Assembly: GCA_044867785.1 (NCBI GenBank)
Contig: JBIOVM010000116.1
Span: 67,145 to 131,144 of the forward strand
Direction of reading: 5' to 3'
Length of the DNA stretch: 64,000 nt
DNA from: Candidatus Rokuibacteriota bacterium
GTDB lineage: Bacteria; Methylomirabilota; Methylomirabilia; Rokubacteriales; DASRDR01
In this document: positions 33,527-44,922 of the stretch, one piece after another
How the letters are laid out: each line of letters opens with the position of its first letter
How positions within the stretch are numbered: the first letter of the stretch is position 1
Notes under the pieces: model-generated
The model's input: only the letters and a program-made list of their open reading frames with translations
Databases searched by the model: none
Told to the model about the DNA's origin: nothing
Made by a program: the position numbers and the translations under genes

Positions 33527-33715
33527 GCGGCGGCGCGGCCACGCCCGCGCGGCACCGCGCGGGCGGCAGCGAGGAGGGGCGGAGTCACGGTCACGGGCGG
33601 CATGATCCCGCCCGGTCGGCGCGAGCGTCAATCGGAAATGCGGGACGCGGGAGATCCGCGATGACGGCGGTGCCCCGCGGGTGTAGCCTCCGAGAGAGCC
33701 CGCACACGCGAGCCC

Positions 33716-35395
33716 ATGTCCACTCCGGACGCCCCCGACTCCCTCGACGCTTTCGCTCGCGCCCTGGAGGCGCTGCGCTCGACGCGCGCCCGCCTCGAGA
33801 AGCGGCGGGTGCTGGTCGACTACCTCCGGGCGCTGCCGGACGACGCGCTGCCGCTCGCGGTGACCTATCTCGGGGGCCGTCCGTTCCCGCGGGGCGACGG
33901 ACGGACGCTGTCGGTCGGCGGCGCGACCCTGATCGCCGCGCTGCGGTCGGCGCGGCCCGAGCTGACCGACGAGACGATCGCGGCGGCGTGGCGCCGGCAC
34001 GCCGACGCGAGCGACACGGCGGCCGAGCTGTGGGCCGGCGCGGGACCGGCCGCCGGGAACCCTCTCCGCCTGGCGGACGTCTCGGCCACCTTCGAGGCCC
34101 TGTCCGCCGCCCGCGGACCCCGGGCCAAGTCGGCGCTCCTCGCGGACGCGTTCCGCCGGATGGACGAGCGGGCCATCCGCGCCTTCGTCAAGGCGATGCT
34201 CGGCGAGGCGCGGGTCGGCGTGCAGGAGCAGACGCTGGAGGACGGGGTCGCCCATGCGACCGGGCAGCCGATCGAGGCCGTGCGCGCCGCCAACCGGCAT
34301 CGCGCGGACCTGGGCGCCGTCGCGCTCGACGCCCGCCACGACCGGCTCGAGCCCGCCCGCTTCACGTACTTCACCCCGGTCGACCCCATGCTCGCCCAGG
34401 CGGCCGCCGACGCCGCGGACGCCGTCCGCCGACTCGGCGCGCCGCTCTGGGCCGAGGACAAGTACGACGGGATCCGCTGCCAGCTCCACAAAGTGGGCGG
34501 GGACGTCCGACTCTTCTCGCGCGATCGGCGCGATGTGACGGCGCAGTTCCCCGACGTGGTGGCCGCGTTCGCCGACATGCCCGGGCGGTATGCGCTCGAC
34601 GGCGAGATCCTCGGGATGGCGGACGGGCGGGCGCTGCCCTTTCTGCGCCTCCAGCAGCGGCTGGGCCGCGTCGCCCCGACGGACGAGGTCCTGGCGGCGC
34701 ACCCGGCGGCGTTCGTGGCCTTCGACTGCCTGGCGCACGAGGAGACGAGCCTCCTGGACGCGCCGCTCCGGACCCGCCGCACGACGCTGGAGGCGGTCGG
34801 GCTGCCGCCGGGACCAGTGCTGGCGCCGGTCTGGAGCGTGGCGAGCGCGGAGGCGCTCGAGGACCTGTTCCGCGCGGCTCAGGCCCGGGGCAACGAGGGC
34901 CTGATGGTCAAGGCGCCGGACTCGCCGTACGCGTCAGGCCGCCGCGGGGCGCAGTGGCTCAAGCTGAAGCGTCCGCTCGAGACGCTGGACGTCGTCGTCG
35001 TCGGGGCCGAGTGGGGCCACGGGAAGCGACGGGCCGTGCTCTCGGATCTCACGTTCGCCGTGCGCGACGAGGCGAGCGGCCAGCTGGTGACGATCGGCAA
35101 GGCGTACAACGGGCTCACCGACGCCGAGATCCGCGCGATGACCGAGCGCCTCGTCGCCCTCACCCTGGAGGACCAGGGCCACTACCGGACGGTGCGGCCC
35201 GAGATCGTCCTCGAGGTCGCCTTCAACCATCTGCAGCGCTCGAGCCGACATACCTCCGGCTATGCGCTCAGATTCCCTCGCATCGTGCGTGTCCGCCCGG
35301 ACCGATCGCCCGAGAGCGCGAGCACGCTCGCCGACGTGGAGCGCCTCGCGGCGACCGTGGCCGGAGCCGGGCCGCCCGCGACCGAGCCAGCCTGA
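33716..35395 (+). CDS. ATP-dependent DNA ligase (LigB/LigC-type, with no polymerase or phosphoesterase domains)
   Basis: Motif I KxDG (EDKYDGIRCQLHK), motif III (ALDGEIL), motif IV (EGLMVK), motif V (WLKLK), plus an N-terminal DNA-binding domain. 559 aa. Confidence 0.9.
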   Translation: MSTPDAPDSLDAFARALEALRSTRARLEKRRVLVDYLRALPDDALPLAVTYLGGRPFPRGDGRTLSVGGATLIAALRSARPELTDETIAAAWRRHADASDTAAELWAGAGPAAGNPLRLADVSATFEALSAARGPRAKSALLADAFRRMDERAIRAFVKAMLGEARVGVQEQTLEDGVAHATGQPIEAVRAANRHRADLGAVALDARHDRLEPARFTYFTPVDPMLAQAAADAADAVRRLGAPLWAEDKYDGIRCQLHKVGGDVRLFSRDRRDVTAQFPDVVAAFADMPGRYALDGEILGMADGRALPFLRLQQRLGRVAPTDEVLAAHPAAFVAFDCLAHEETSLLDAPLRTRRTTLEAVGLPPGPVLAPVWSVASAEALEDLFRAAQARGNEGLMVKAPDSPYASGRRGAQWLKLKRPLETLDVVVVGAEWGHGKRRAVLSDLTFAVRDEASGQLVTIGKAYNGLTDAEIRAMTERLVALTLEDQGHYRTVRPEIVLEVAFNHLQRSSRHTSGYALRFPRIVRVRPDRSPESASTLADVERLAATVAGAGPPATEPA

Positions 35396-35399
35396 GCGC

Positions 35400-36041
35400 T
35401 CAGCGCCAGGCCCACACCGGCTGCTCGAGGTCGTGGACCCGCGTGGGCCGGCCGTGCACGACCACCTCGCGCAGCTGATAGAGCACGGCGCCGGTCGGCG
35501 CGTGGATGAGGGTCGACAGAATCGGGATCTGGATCACCGGCCGGTCGCTCTCGGGGATCGCGACGAGCCGGGGCACCCCGGGCCGGTCGAGGTCCTCGAG
35601 CGGCACCCGATGGACGCTCGCCACCTCATGCGCGTTCGGGCTCAGCGCGCCGGCCGCCGCGCTCCACATCACGACCGGCGTGATCACGTAGCCCGAGCGC
35701 GTGGCGTAGTCGTCGAGCAGGCCGAGCACGCTCTCCGGCTCGAGCCGCAGCCCGACCTCCTCGTCGAGCTCGCGCAGCGCGGCGCGCTCCGCGGTCTCGC
35801 CCTCGTCGATCCGGCCGCCCGGGAGCGCCCACTGCGTCGCGTGCGCCCGCAGCGACGCCGCGCGCCGGGTCAGGAGGAAGCAGGCGCGGCCGTCGTCATC
35901 GGCGAGGAGCACCGCCGCCACGGCCGCCGGGCGCCGGCCCTCGGCGGCGATCGCCCGCCGCTCGAATCCGGCGAGGTGGGCACGGGCCCGCGCTCGGAGC
36001 GTCTCGTCGAACCGCGCCGGCAGCTCGCCCACGAGGCCCAC
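35400..36041 (-). CDS. NUDIX hydrolase (CoA pyrophosphatase NudL-like)
   Basis: Nudix box GGRIDEGETAERAALRELDEEVG. Confidence 0.85.
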   Translation of the reverse strand: MGLVGELPARFDETLRARARAHLAGFERRAIAAEGRRPAAVAAVLLADDDGRACFLLTRRAASLRAHATQWALPGGRIDEGETAERAALRELDEEVGLRLEPESVLGLLDDYATRSGYVITPVVMWSAAAGALSPNAHEVASVHRVPLEDLDRPGVPRLVAIPESDRPVIQIPILSTLIHAPTGAVLYQLREVVVHGRPTRVHDLEQPVWAWR

Positions 36042-36044
36042 CGG

Positions 36045-36377
36045 TCAGGCGCGCTCGCCGCCCGCCGGGCCGTAGAAGACGACCCACGTCGCGAAGTCGT
36101 GCGAGAAGTCCTCGAAGCGATGCTCCACGCCCGCCCCCGCGAAGAGCACGTCGCCGGGGCCGAACGGCACGCGCTGGCCGCCGACGAGGAACGTCCCCCG
36201 CCCGCTCGTGACCACGTAGAGCTCGTCCTGGTCGTGGGGGGTCTGGGGGTCGGCCCCCCGAGGCATGTAGTAGCGCAGCGTCATGCTGCCGTGGTGCATG
36301 AGCAGCGACGAGCGGAATCCCGGCGGAATCGGGGCGGCCTTGGCCTCCTCGACGGTGGTGCGAACCGGCTGGCTCAT
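36045..36377 (-). CDS. cupin domain protein
   Basis: MSQPVRTTVEEA… HHGSMTLRYYMPRG… ELYVVTSGRGTFLVGG… carries the two cupin motifs. Start at the internal ATG. Confidence 0.75.
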   Translation of the reverse strand: MSQPVRTTVEEAKAAPIPPGFRSSLLMHHGSMTLRYYMPRGADPQTPHDQDELYVVTSGRGTFLVGGQRVPFGPGDVLFAGAGVEHRFEDFSHDFATWVVFYGPAGGERA

Positions 36378-36414
36378 GCGCGGCCTCCCTTCGGAAATGA
36401 GCGCGGCCCGGGGC

Positions 36415-38038
36415 TCAGCAGCCGAAGGCCGGCCCGTCGGCGCGCGGGTCCCCGCCCCCGAGCAGGAGCCCATCGGGGGCGACCTGGATCGCCTGGGCAT
36501 GGCCCACGGTGTCGCTCCACGGCGGGAGAACGCGCACGGCGTGGCCGCGCCGCCTCAGCTCCGCGCCGACCGCATCACCCAGGCGCGCCTCCAGCGCCAG
36601 CTGGCGCGTCGGAGCGCCCCACGTCCGACCGTAGACCCAGCGCGGCGCCTCCACCGCAGCCTGGACGTCCAGCCCGAGATCCACGACGCTGGTCGTCAGC
36701 GCCACCAGGGTCTGCGGCTGCCCTTCGCCGCCCATCGTCCCCGCCACCAGGACCGGCTTCCCGTCGCGGAGGTACATGAAGGGGGTGAGCGTGTGGAAGG
36801 GGCGCTTGCCGGGCGCCAGGGCGTTCGGGTGGGCGGCGTCGAGCGTGAAGCCGGCGCCGCGGTTCTGGAGCACCACGCCGGTCTCCCCCGCGATCACGCC
36901 CGAGCCCCACTCGTGGTAGAGGCTCTGGATCAGCGAGACGCAGTTCCCGGCCGCGTCGGCGGTGACGCACGCGATCGTGTCTCCGCGGTCGATGCCCGAC
37001 TCGACGGGGCCCGGCGCGGCGCGGTCCATGCCGATGCGTTGGCCACGCTCGCGGAGATAGGTCGGGTCCAGGATCTGCCGCACGGGCACGGCACAATGCT
37101 CCGGATCGGCCAGCCAGCGGTCGCGATCGCCGAACGCCAGCTTGGTGGCTTCGACGAGGAGGTGAACGTAGTCGGCCGGCTGGCGCGCGCGGTCGGGCAC
37201 GGCGACGCCGTCCAGCAAGCCCAGGACCGCGAGGGCCACCAGTCCCTGGCAGGGCGGCGGGACCGAGGCGGCGAGGCCGCCACGGTACGGCACCGTGACC
37301 GGATCGGCCCAGCGCGCGCGGTGCACCGCGAGATCCGCCGCGCGGAGCGGGCTGCCCACCGCCTCGCACGCGCGGCCGATCTCCCGGGCGAGGGCGCCCT
37401 CGTAGAAGGCGCGGCCGCCCTCGCGCGCGAGCCGGTCGAGCGTGCGGGCCAGCTGGGGCTGGGCCAGCGAGCGGCCCGCCGGGAGCGCCGTGTCACCGTC
37501 GAGATAGGTGGCGCGGAACGCGCCGAGTGCGGGATCCCGCCCGGTGAGGAGGTCTGTGGCGCCGGCGGTGACGCGCGCCTGACACGGCGAGACGGGAATG
37601 CCGTCGGCCGCGTGGCGGGTCGCCGCCTCGAGGAGGTCGCCCCAGGCGACCGCCGAGCCGAGCCGCTCCCGGCTGAATCGATGCGCGGTCCACAGGCCGT
37701 CGACGGCGCCGGGCACGGTGAGCGCGGCGAGCGGGCCCCGGGTCGGGATCTGGGCGAGGCCGTGGCCGCGGTACAGCTCCGGCGTCGCGGCCATCGCCGC
37801 CGCGCCCGCCGCCTGGAGCGCGGCGAGCCGTCGGGCTCGCCCGTCCCAGATGAGCCAGAAGCTGTCGCCGCCGAGGCCCGTCATGTGGGGATAGACGACG
37901 GCCAGCGTCGCGCCGACGGCGACCGCGGCGTCGACCGCCGTGCCGCCGCGTCGAAGCGTTTCCAGGCCGGCGATGGTCGCGAGGGGATGCGGTGAGGCGA
38001 CGATCCCGCGGCGCCCGAGGGCGGCGGGCCAGCGGGTC

Positions 38039-38046
<8 letters not shown>
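36415..38046 (-). CDS. ggt: gamma-glutamyltransferase
   Basis: Ntn-hydrolase GGT family (…TMGGEGQPQT… is the autoprocessing Thr region, plus GDSFWL and DAAGN). 543 aa. Confidence 0.9.
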
Positions 38047-39430
<1,384 letters not shown>

Positions 39431-39446
39431 GGCCCCCTCGCGTCCG

Positions 39447-41870
39447 TCAGGCCAGGCCCGGCGGGCGCGGCGCCATCGCGTCGAGCGCGGAGGCCGGGAC
39501 CGCCGGGGCGCTCCCGCGCAGGACCGGGAGGTCGATGACGAACCGGGTGCCCCGCGGACGGTTGTCCTCGACGCGGATCCGCCCGCCGTGGTCGGACACG
39601 ATCTGGTGCACGATCGGGAGGCCGAGCCCCATCCCGGTCGTCTTCGTCGAGAAGTACGGGAGGAACACGCGGTCCCGGAGATCGGCGGGGATCCCGGCCC
39701 CGTTGTCGCGGACCTCGACCTGGACCTGCTCCCCGGCCCCCCATCGAGCCGCGATGACGATCTCGGTCGCGCCCGCCTCCACGGCGTTGTCCACCAGGTT
39801 CAGGACGGCCCGCTTCAGCTGGTCGCCGTCGGCGTCGATGGTCGGCAGCTCGCCGTCGAAGTCCCCACGGATGCGCACCGTCGGGTGCGTCTCGCCGTAG
39901 AGCCCGACGACGCTCTCCAAGAGGCGCGGGAGGTCGGTGGGCTTCGGGGCGAGGCTGGGCATGCGCGCAAAGCGCGAGAACTCGTCGACCAGGCGCCGGA
40001 GGCCCTCGACCTCGCCGATGATCGTCGCGGTGCACTCCTCGAGAAGGCCCCCGTCGTCGGGCAGCCGGGCCGCCAGGCGGCGCCGGAGCCGCTGGGCGGA
40101 GAGCTGGATCGGCGTGAGCGGATTCTTGATCTCGTGGGCGATCCGCTGGGCCACCTCTCGCCAGGCGGCCAGCCGCTGGGCAGCCAGGAGCTCGGTGAGG
40201 TCGTCGAAGACCAGCACGATGCCGAGGTGCTCGCCCTCGGGGCCGCCGAGCGCGGTGAGGCTCGCGAGCAGCGTGAGGTTCTTGCCGTCGAGCGGGACCT
40301 GGAGCTCGCGCTCGACCGTGCCCGCCCGCAGCCGCTCCATCCGCTGCATGAGCGTCACCAAATCCCGGTACGGCGGCCCGCCGAACGCCACCGCGAAGTG
40401 CCGGCCGACCGTCGCGGCCGGCGCCAGGGCGAGCATCCGGCTGGCCGCCCGGTTCACGGTCGTCACGATGCCCGCGGCGTCCGTCGACACCACGCCCGTC
40501 GCCACGGCCTCGAGCACGGTCTCGGTGTACTGGCGGCGCTCGCTGAGCTCCGCATGCTTGGACTGGAGGTCGCCGTAGGCCAGCTCCAGCTGCGCCTTCG
40601 ACGACTTGAGATCCTGCGTCATCTGGTTGAACGACTCCACCAGAATGCCGACCTCGTCGTCGGCCTGGGCGGTGACCCGGTAGTCGAGGTTCCCCGCGGC
40701 CACCTCGCGCGTCCCGTGAGCCAGGAGCTGGATCGGCACGGTGATGCCGCGGGCGAGGTAGAGCCCGAACCAGGTGACCGAGAACACGATCACCAAGGTC
40801 ATCAGGAGGAACAGGAGGATGTAGATGCCCTTGATCGGCTGCCGCAGGAGCTTGAGCTGCTTGTACTCCTGGAAGGCCTGGGCGATGCTGCGCACCTGCG
40901 CCTCGAGCCGCTGGGGGACGTGGATCGAGACCACCGCGGCGCCGACCACCTTCGGCGGCTCGCCCGGAGCCACCAGGGGCACCATGCCCTGGATGAGGTC
41001 GCCGGTCGAGATCTCCCGGCGCGTCGAGAGCTCCCGCCCGGCCAGGGCCATTCGGACCTGCTCGGAGTTGACCGCCGTCTCGCGCGAGGGAATCAGGACC
41101 GGGTCGTTCACGTGGACGATCTCGAGGCCTCCCGCGCCGTACACGGCGACGCCGGCCAGGCCGAACTGCTCGGCCTGCTCCTGGAGGAACTCGATCAGCT
41201 CCTCGCGGCGGTCCTCGGCCAGCAGGCCCTCGCGCGTCAGCGTGCGAGCGACGTACTGGCCGTGACGGACGGTCTCGTCCTGGACGCGCTCGTAGAAGGT
41301 CTGCGCCACGCGCATCGACTCGTCGAGCGGGCGCTCGACCTGAATCTGGAACCATCCTTCGATCGAGGTGTTGATGAGATTCGACGCGATCAGGAAGATC
41401 AGGATCGCCGGCGCCAGGGCGAGCGACAGGAACGCGGCGACGAGCTTGGTCTTGAAGCGAGAGCCGAGGATCTTGTGGCGCCGCTCGAACCACAGCTTCA
41501 CGAGATTGCGGAACAACAGGATCAGGAGCAGCAGGAAGACGATCAGGTTCAGGTTGAAGAGCGCGATGACGACGACGTTGGACGCGACCGGGATGTCCGG
41601 CATCCGGATCCCGACCTGGACGGCCGTCGCCGCCACCAGGATGAAGAGCACGCCGGCGATGATGATGAGGTTGCGCTTGCGCTTCTCGCGATCGTCGGGG
41701 GGCCGGACGGGCGGCGCCAGACCGGGCGTCATCGACGGGCCCGGCGCCGGCGGACGCTCGGCCGGAGCGGGCCCCGGCGGGGTGATCGGACCGTTGACCG
41801 GAGGGAGACCTTCGGCCTGGGAGGGCGTCCCCTCGACGGGCGGCGGACGACGGTCGCCGAGCGCGCTCAC
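39447..41870 (-). CDS. ntrY: sensor histidine kinase NtrY-like (multi-TM, HAMP, PAS, HisKA, HATPase)
   Basis: Four N-terminal TM helices, HAMP (…AAGNLDYRV…FNQMTQDL), PAS, the H-box HEIKNPLTPIQ, and the ATP-lid DNGAGIP… GMGLGL. The Pro-rich first ~46 codons are probably not translated, and the alternative ATG at 41732 is more plausible. Confidence 0.88.
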   Translation of the reverse strand: MSALGDRRPPPVEGTPSQAEGLPPVNGPITPPGPAPAERPPAPGPSMTPGLAPPVRPPDDREKRKRNLIIIAGVLFILVAATAVQVGIRMPDIPVASNVVVIALFNLNLIVFLLLLILLFRNLVKLWFERRHKILGSRFKTKLVAAFLSLALAPAILIFLIASNLINTSIEGWFQIQVERPLDESMRVAQTFYERVQDETVRHGQYVARTLTREGLLAEDRREELIEFLQEQAEQFGLAGVAVYGAGGLEIVHVNDPVLIPSRETAVNSEQVRMALAGRELSTRREISTGDLIQGMVPLVAPGEPPKVVGAAVVSIHVPQRLEAQVRSIAQAFQEYKQLKLLRQPIKGIYILLFLLMTLVIVFSVTWFGLYLARGITVPIQLLAHGTREVAAGNLDYRVTAQADDEVGILVESFNQMTQDLKSSKAQLELAYGDLQSKHAELSERRQYTETVLEAVATGVVSTDAAGIVTTVNRAASRMLALAPAATVGRHFAVAFGGPPYRDLVTLMQRMERLRAGTVERELQVPLDGKNLTLLASLTALGGPEGEHLGIVLVFDDLTELLAAQRLAAWREVAQRIAHEIKNPLTPIQLSAQRLRRRLAARLPDDGGLLEECTATIIGEVEGLRRLVDEFSRFARMPSLAPKPTDLPRLLESVVGLYGETHPTVRIRGDFDGELPTIDADGDQLKRAVLNLVDNAVEAGATEIVIAARWGAGEQVQVEVRDNGAGIPADLRDRVFLPYFSTKTTGMGLGLPIVHQIVSDHGGRIRVEDNRPRGTRFVIDLPVLRGSAPAVPASALDAMAPRPPGLA

Positions 41871-41889
41871 GAGGCGACCCGGGTTCGGC

Positions 41890-42480
41890 TCATCGCACCC
41901 GCCGGAGGGTGAGGAGCGGCGTCTGCTCCCAAGGAGTCTCCGCCCGCGACGACACGAAGGGCATGATCCGGGACACGGAAGAATCGGGCGCCCCGGAGCG
42001 GACCTCGGCCCGCACCCGTACGTAGTAGAGCTCGTCCAGGTTCAGGTGACCCATGGGCGTGACCTTGAAGCCGCGGATCTCCGACAGCACGCGCTCGGCC
42101 TCCCAGACCTCACGCGTGACGTAGGGCTCGCGCTCCTCGCCCTGGACGGGGGAGACCCGGAACTCCTTGGTGAGGACATCGTAGACGACCTGCCGCTCGA
42201 CGAGCTTCGCAACCACCCGCCGATCCACCCACCACGAGTTGTACTGCCAGAGCTCGAGCTGGAACCGCACGGTGGCCGGGATCCCGGTGCCGAGCCCCTC
42301 CACGATCCCGTCGGGCATGGCGCCCAACAGGACCAGGCTGACCAGCAAAGTGCTGTCGGAATTGGTGACAACCAGGTTCGAGATCCGGAATGGTCCTCCG
42401 GCACCCGTCGCCGGGCTCGTTGCCAGCAGGAGCCCCAGCCCGACCGCCAGGACCTCGGTCGGCCAGCGCCGCCTGGACAT
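41890..42480 (-). CDS. DUF4390 domain-containing protein (NtrY-associated)
   Basis: Signal peptide plus a ~170-aa domain. It sits directly upstream of ntrY, as is typical for DUF4390. Confidence 0.7.
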   Translation of the reverse strand: MSRRRWPTEVLAVGLGLLLATSPATGAGGPFRISNLVVTNSDSTLLVSLVLLGAMPDGIVEGLGTGIPATVRFQLELWQYNSWWVDRRVVAKLVERQVVYDVLTKEFRVSPVQGEEREPYVTREVWEAERVLSEIRGFKVTPMGHLNLDELYYVRVRAEVRSGAPDSSVSRIMPFVSSRAETPWEQTPLLTLRRVR

Positions 42481-42567
42481 AGCAGATCATTATAGCGCCG
42501 GGCCTTCGGGCGGGTGCGCCGCACAGAGGCGGCGGGCAGCGGTCGGGAGGCGGCGGATCCGCCCCTT

Positions 42568-43488
42568 TCAGTGGGTGGCGACGCGTGGGCGCCGCCGGGT
42601 CGCGCCCTCCCAGGGCGCCTCGACATGAACGGCCGGACGGCGGGGCACGGCGTCCTCCCATCGGCGCGATGCCTTCACGAGTTCCCGGACCAGGAGGTGG
42701 TTCAAGGCGTGCCCGGCATTCCGGGCGACGACGTGACCCTGCACCGAGCGGCCGACCAGGGCGAGGTCCCCGATCACGTCGAGGATCTTGTGGCGGACGA
42801 ACTCGTCCTCGAACCGGAGGGCGCCGTTTAGGATCCGCTCCTGCCCGACGACCACCGCGTTGGACAGCGACCCGCCGAGGGCCAGGCCCTGCTGGCGGAG
42901 CAGCTCGAGGTCCTTGAGGAAGCCGTACGTCCGGGCCGGCGCAAGCTCCTCGACGAAGACGCGCTCGGTCGGCACGAACGAGGCGACCTGCACGCCCACG
43001 ACCGGGTGCGTGTGGTCGAGCGTGTAGCTGATGCGGAAGTCCGGAGCCGGGAGGAGCTGGATCCAGCGGTGCTCGTCGCCCACCCGCACCGGCTCGACCA
43101 CGCGCAGGGGTGCGGGCCGGACCGCGACTTGCGTCTCGCGGCCCGCCGCATAGAGCAGTGCCACGAACGGCGCCGCGCTGCCATCCATGGCCGGGAGCTC
43201 CGGCCCATCGAGCTCGATCAGGAGGTTGTCGATGCCGAGGCCCCGCACGGCCGCCAGCAGGTGCTCGACCGTCTGGATCTGGATCCCGTCGGCGCCGATG
43301 GTGGTCGCGTAGTGACCGTTCAGGAGCGATTCCGGCAGCACGGGCACGGACACACGGTCGGGTCCGACGACGAAGACGACTCCATGGTCCGGAGGAGCGG
43401 GGGCCAGCGTCATGGACACGGTGACGCCGGTGTGGAGCCCCACGCCGTCGCACCGCACCGGCTTCCGAATCGAGGTCTGGAGCTCCAT
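42568..43488 (-). CDS. lpxC: UDP-3-O-acyl-N-acetylglucosamine deacetylase
   Basis: …LHTGVTVSM… DGSAAPFV… HHALN… and the zinc ligands (HKILD…D) are the canonical LpxC sequence. Confidence 0.93.
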   Translation of the reverse strand: MELQTSIRKPVRCDGVGLHTGVTVSMTLAPAPPDHGVVFVVGPDRVSVPVLPESLLNGHYATTIGADGIQIQTVEHLLAAVRGLGIDNLLIELDGPELPAMDGSAAPFVALLYAAGRETQVAVRPAPLRVVEPVRVGDEHRWIQLLPAPDFRISYTLDHTHPVVGVQVASFVPTERVFVEELAPARTYGFLKDLELLRQQGLALGGSLSNAVVVGQERILNGALRFEDEFVRHKILDVIGDLALVGRSVQGHVVARNAGHALNHLLVRELVKASRRWEDAVPRRPAVHVEAPWEGATRRRPRVATH

Positions 43489-43687
43489 CGGTCAGGGGCC
43501 CTCCGGTCCCAGGGCGCCCATTAGAGCAAGAGGAGTGCCACGGAAGGCCCGGCTGAGGCGGCGGCGCAAGTGCCCGGAATCGCAGGCGCTGGAAGGACTC
43601 TCTGGCACCGCCATTATGAGTCGTTCGTCAATCGTTGCACTGGATCAGCATTGTGACAGGCCGAATGTTACGGTTGCGAAACAGGCG

Positions 43688-44110
43688 TCAGATGTCGAGT
43701 ATCACGCGCGCGCTGACGCGGCCCGCACTCTCCGTGACCTCGAGGCCGTGAAAGGTCGCGGCCTTCACGAGGGTCCCGCGGGGATGACGGGCGGGATCCA
43801 CCGGCTCCCCGTGGAGAATGCCGTGAATGAACGCGCCCGTCACCTGGGGCGGCTCCAGGTCGTGGATGACGAAACCCTCGAGGTCGTGAACGTAGAGGCA
43901 CTCGTTCAGCCAGTTCACCAGGAGCGCCTCGACCCCGCCGCCTCGGGCGGCGACCTCGCGGGTCTCCCGGGGCGCGACCGCCTGCGTGGGCACGATCAGG
44001 TCGAACACGCCCAGCGCGCACTGCCGGAAGCATCCCGCCAGCGTCTCCGCCCACGCGTGGACGCCGACGTCCGCCGCCACGTCGAAGTACTCGTAGCCCT
44101 CACCGCTCAC
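43688..44110 (-). CDS. archease
   Basis: GYEYFDVAADVGVHAWAETLAGCFRQCALGVFDL… is the archease family signature, in a ~140-aa protein. GTG start with a GTGA overlap onto the rsmE stop. The 212-aa ORF N-terminus is spurious. Confidence 0.85.
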   Translation of the reverse strand: MSGEGYEYFDVAADVGVHAWAETLAGCFRQCALGVFDLIVPTQAVAPRETREVAARGGGVEALLVNWLNECLYVHDLEGFVIHDLEPPQVTGAFIHGILHGEPVDPARHPRGTLVKAATFHGLEVTESAGRVSARVILDI

Positions 44111-44922
44111 GGGGGAGCAGCGTCCACGAGGGACTTGGCCGGCCCTCCCAGGTCGCCGAAGCGGTACTGGGCGAGCGCGAGGGCCACCAGCCCCGCGGAC
44201 TCGGCGCGGAGTATCCGTGGCCCCAGGCTGACCGGCCGCGCCCCCACCCCCTCGGCGCGGGCGACCTCCTCCGGCGTGAATCCCCCTTCGGGGCCCACCA
44301 GGAGAAGAAGACGCGCGGGCCGGCACGTGGGCGGCGCGGCCTCATCGAGCGTCGGGCCCCCGCCTTCCCAGCACACCAGGGCGAGATCGTGCCCCTGCGC
44401 CTCGCCGACCGCATCGGCGAAGCTCCGGGGCCGCTCGACGATCGGGACCACCACGCGGCCGCTCTGCTTCACGGCCTCGCGGGCGATACGCTCCCATCGC
44501 CGGTGCGGCGCGGCGCCGGGCGCGGGCCGCGCAACCACGCGCGCGGTCTCCATCGGGACGATGCGCGTCACGCCGAGCTCGGTCGCCTTCTGGACGAGCC
44601 AGGCCATCCGATCTCCCTTGAGGATCGCCTGGGCCAGCGTGATCGCGCACGGAGACTCGCGGCCGGGTGCGGTCCGCGCCTCGATGCTCCCCCAGGCGCT
44701 CCGACCGTCGAGCGCCGCGAGCCGGACGGTGTACAGCTGACCGGTACCGTCCGTCGCGTCGACCAGGTCTCCGGGCCGCAAGCGGCGCACGAGGCCCAGG
44801 TGGCGCGCCTCCTCGGCCTCGAACCGGACGCGATCTCCGCTGACGGCCTCGGGGCGAACGAACACACGGGGCCGCTGAGCGTCAGACGGCGCGCGCTTGT
44901 CCGAGCCGCGGCCCACGCTCAT
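44107..44922 (-). CDS. rsmE: 16S rRNA (uracil1498-N3)-methyltransferase RsmE
   Basis: RPRVFVRPEAVSGDRVRF… PUA-like N-domain plus SPOUT core (…LLLVGPEGGFTPEE…). ATGA overlap with the prmA stop. Start at the internal ATG (MSVGRG). Confidence 0.85.
   Translation of the reverse strand: MSVGRGSDKRAPSDAQRPRVFVRPEAVSGDRVRFEAEEARHLGLVRRLRPGDLVDATDGTGQLYTVRLAALDGRSAWGSIEARTAPGRESPCAITLAQAILKGDRMAWLVQKATELGVTRIVPMETARVVARPAPGAAPHRRWERIAREAVKQSGRVVVPIVERPRSFADAVGEAQGHDLALVCWEGGGPTLDEAAPPTCRPARLLLLVGPEGGFTPEEVARAEGVGARPVSLGPRILRAESAGLVALALAQYRFGDLGGPAKSLVDAAPP

Noticed and set aside
43489-43687. Possible sigma-54 (TGGCAC-N5-TTGC) or sigma-70 promoter elements in the low-GC lpxC upstream region
   Set aside because: Only partial matches (TGGCAC without a correctly spaced TTGCA; TTGACG and CATAAT only 7 nt apart). 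Not convincing enough to call.
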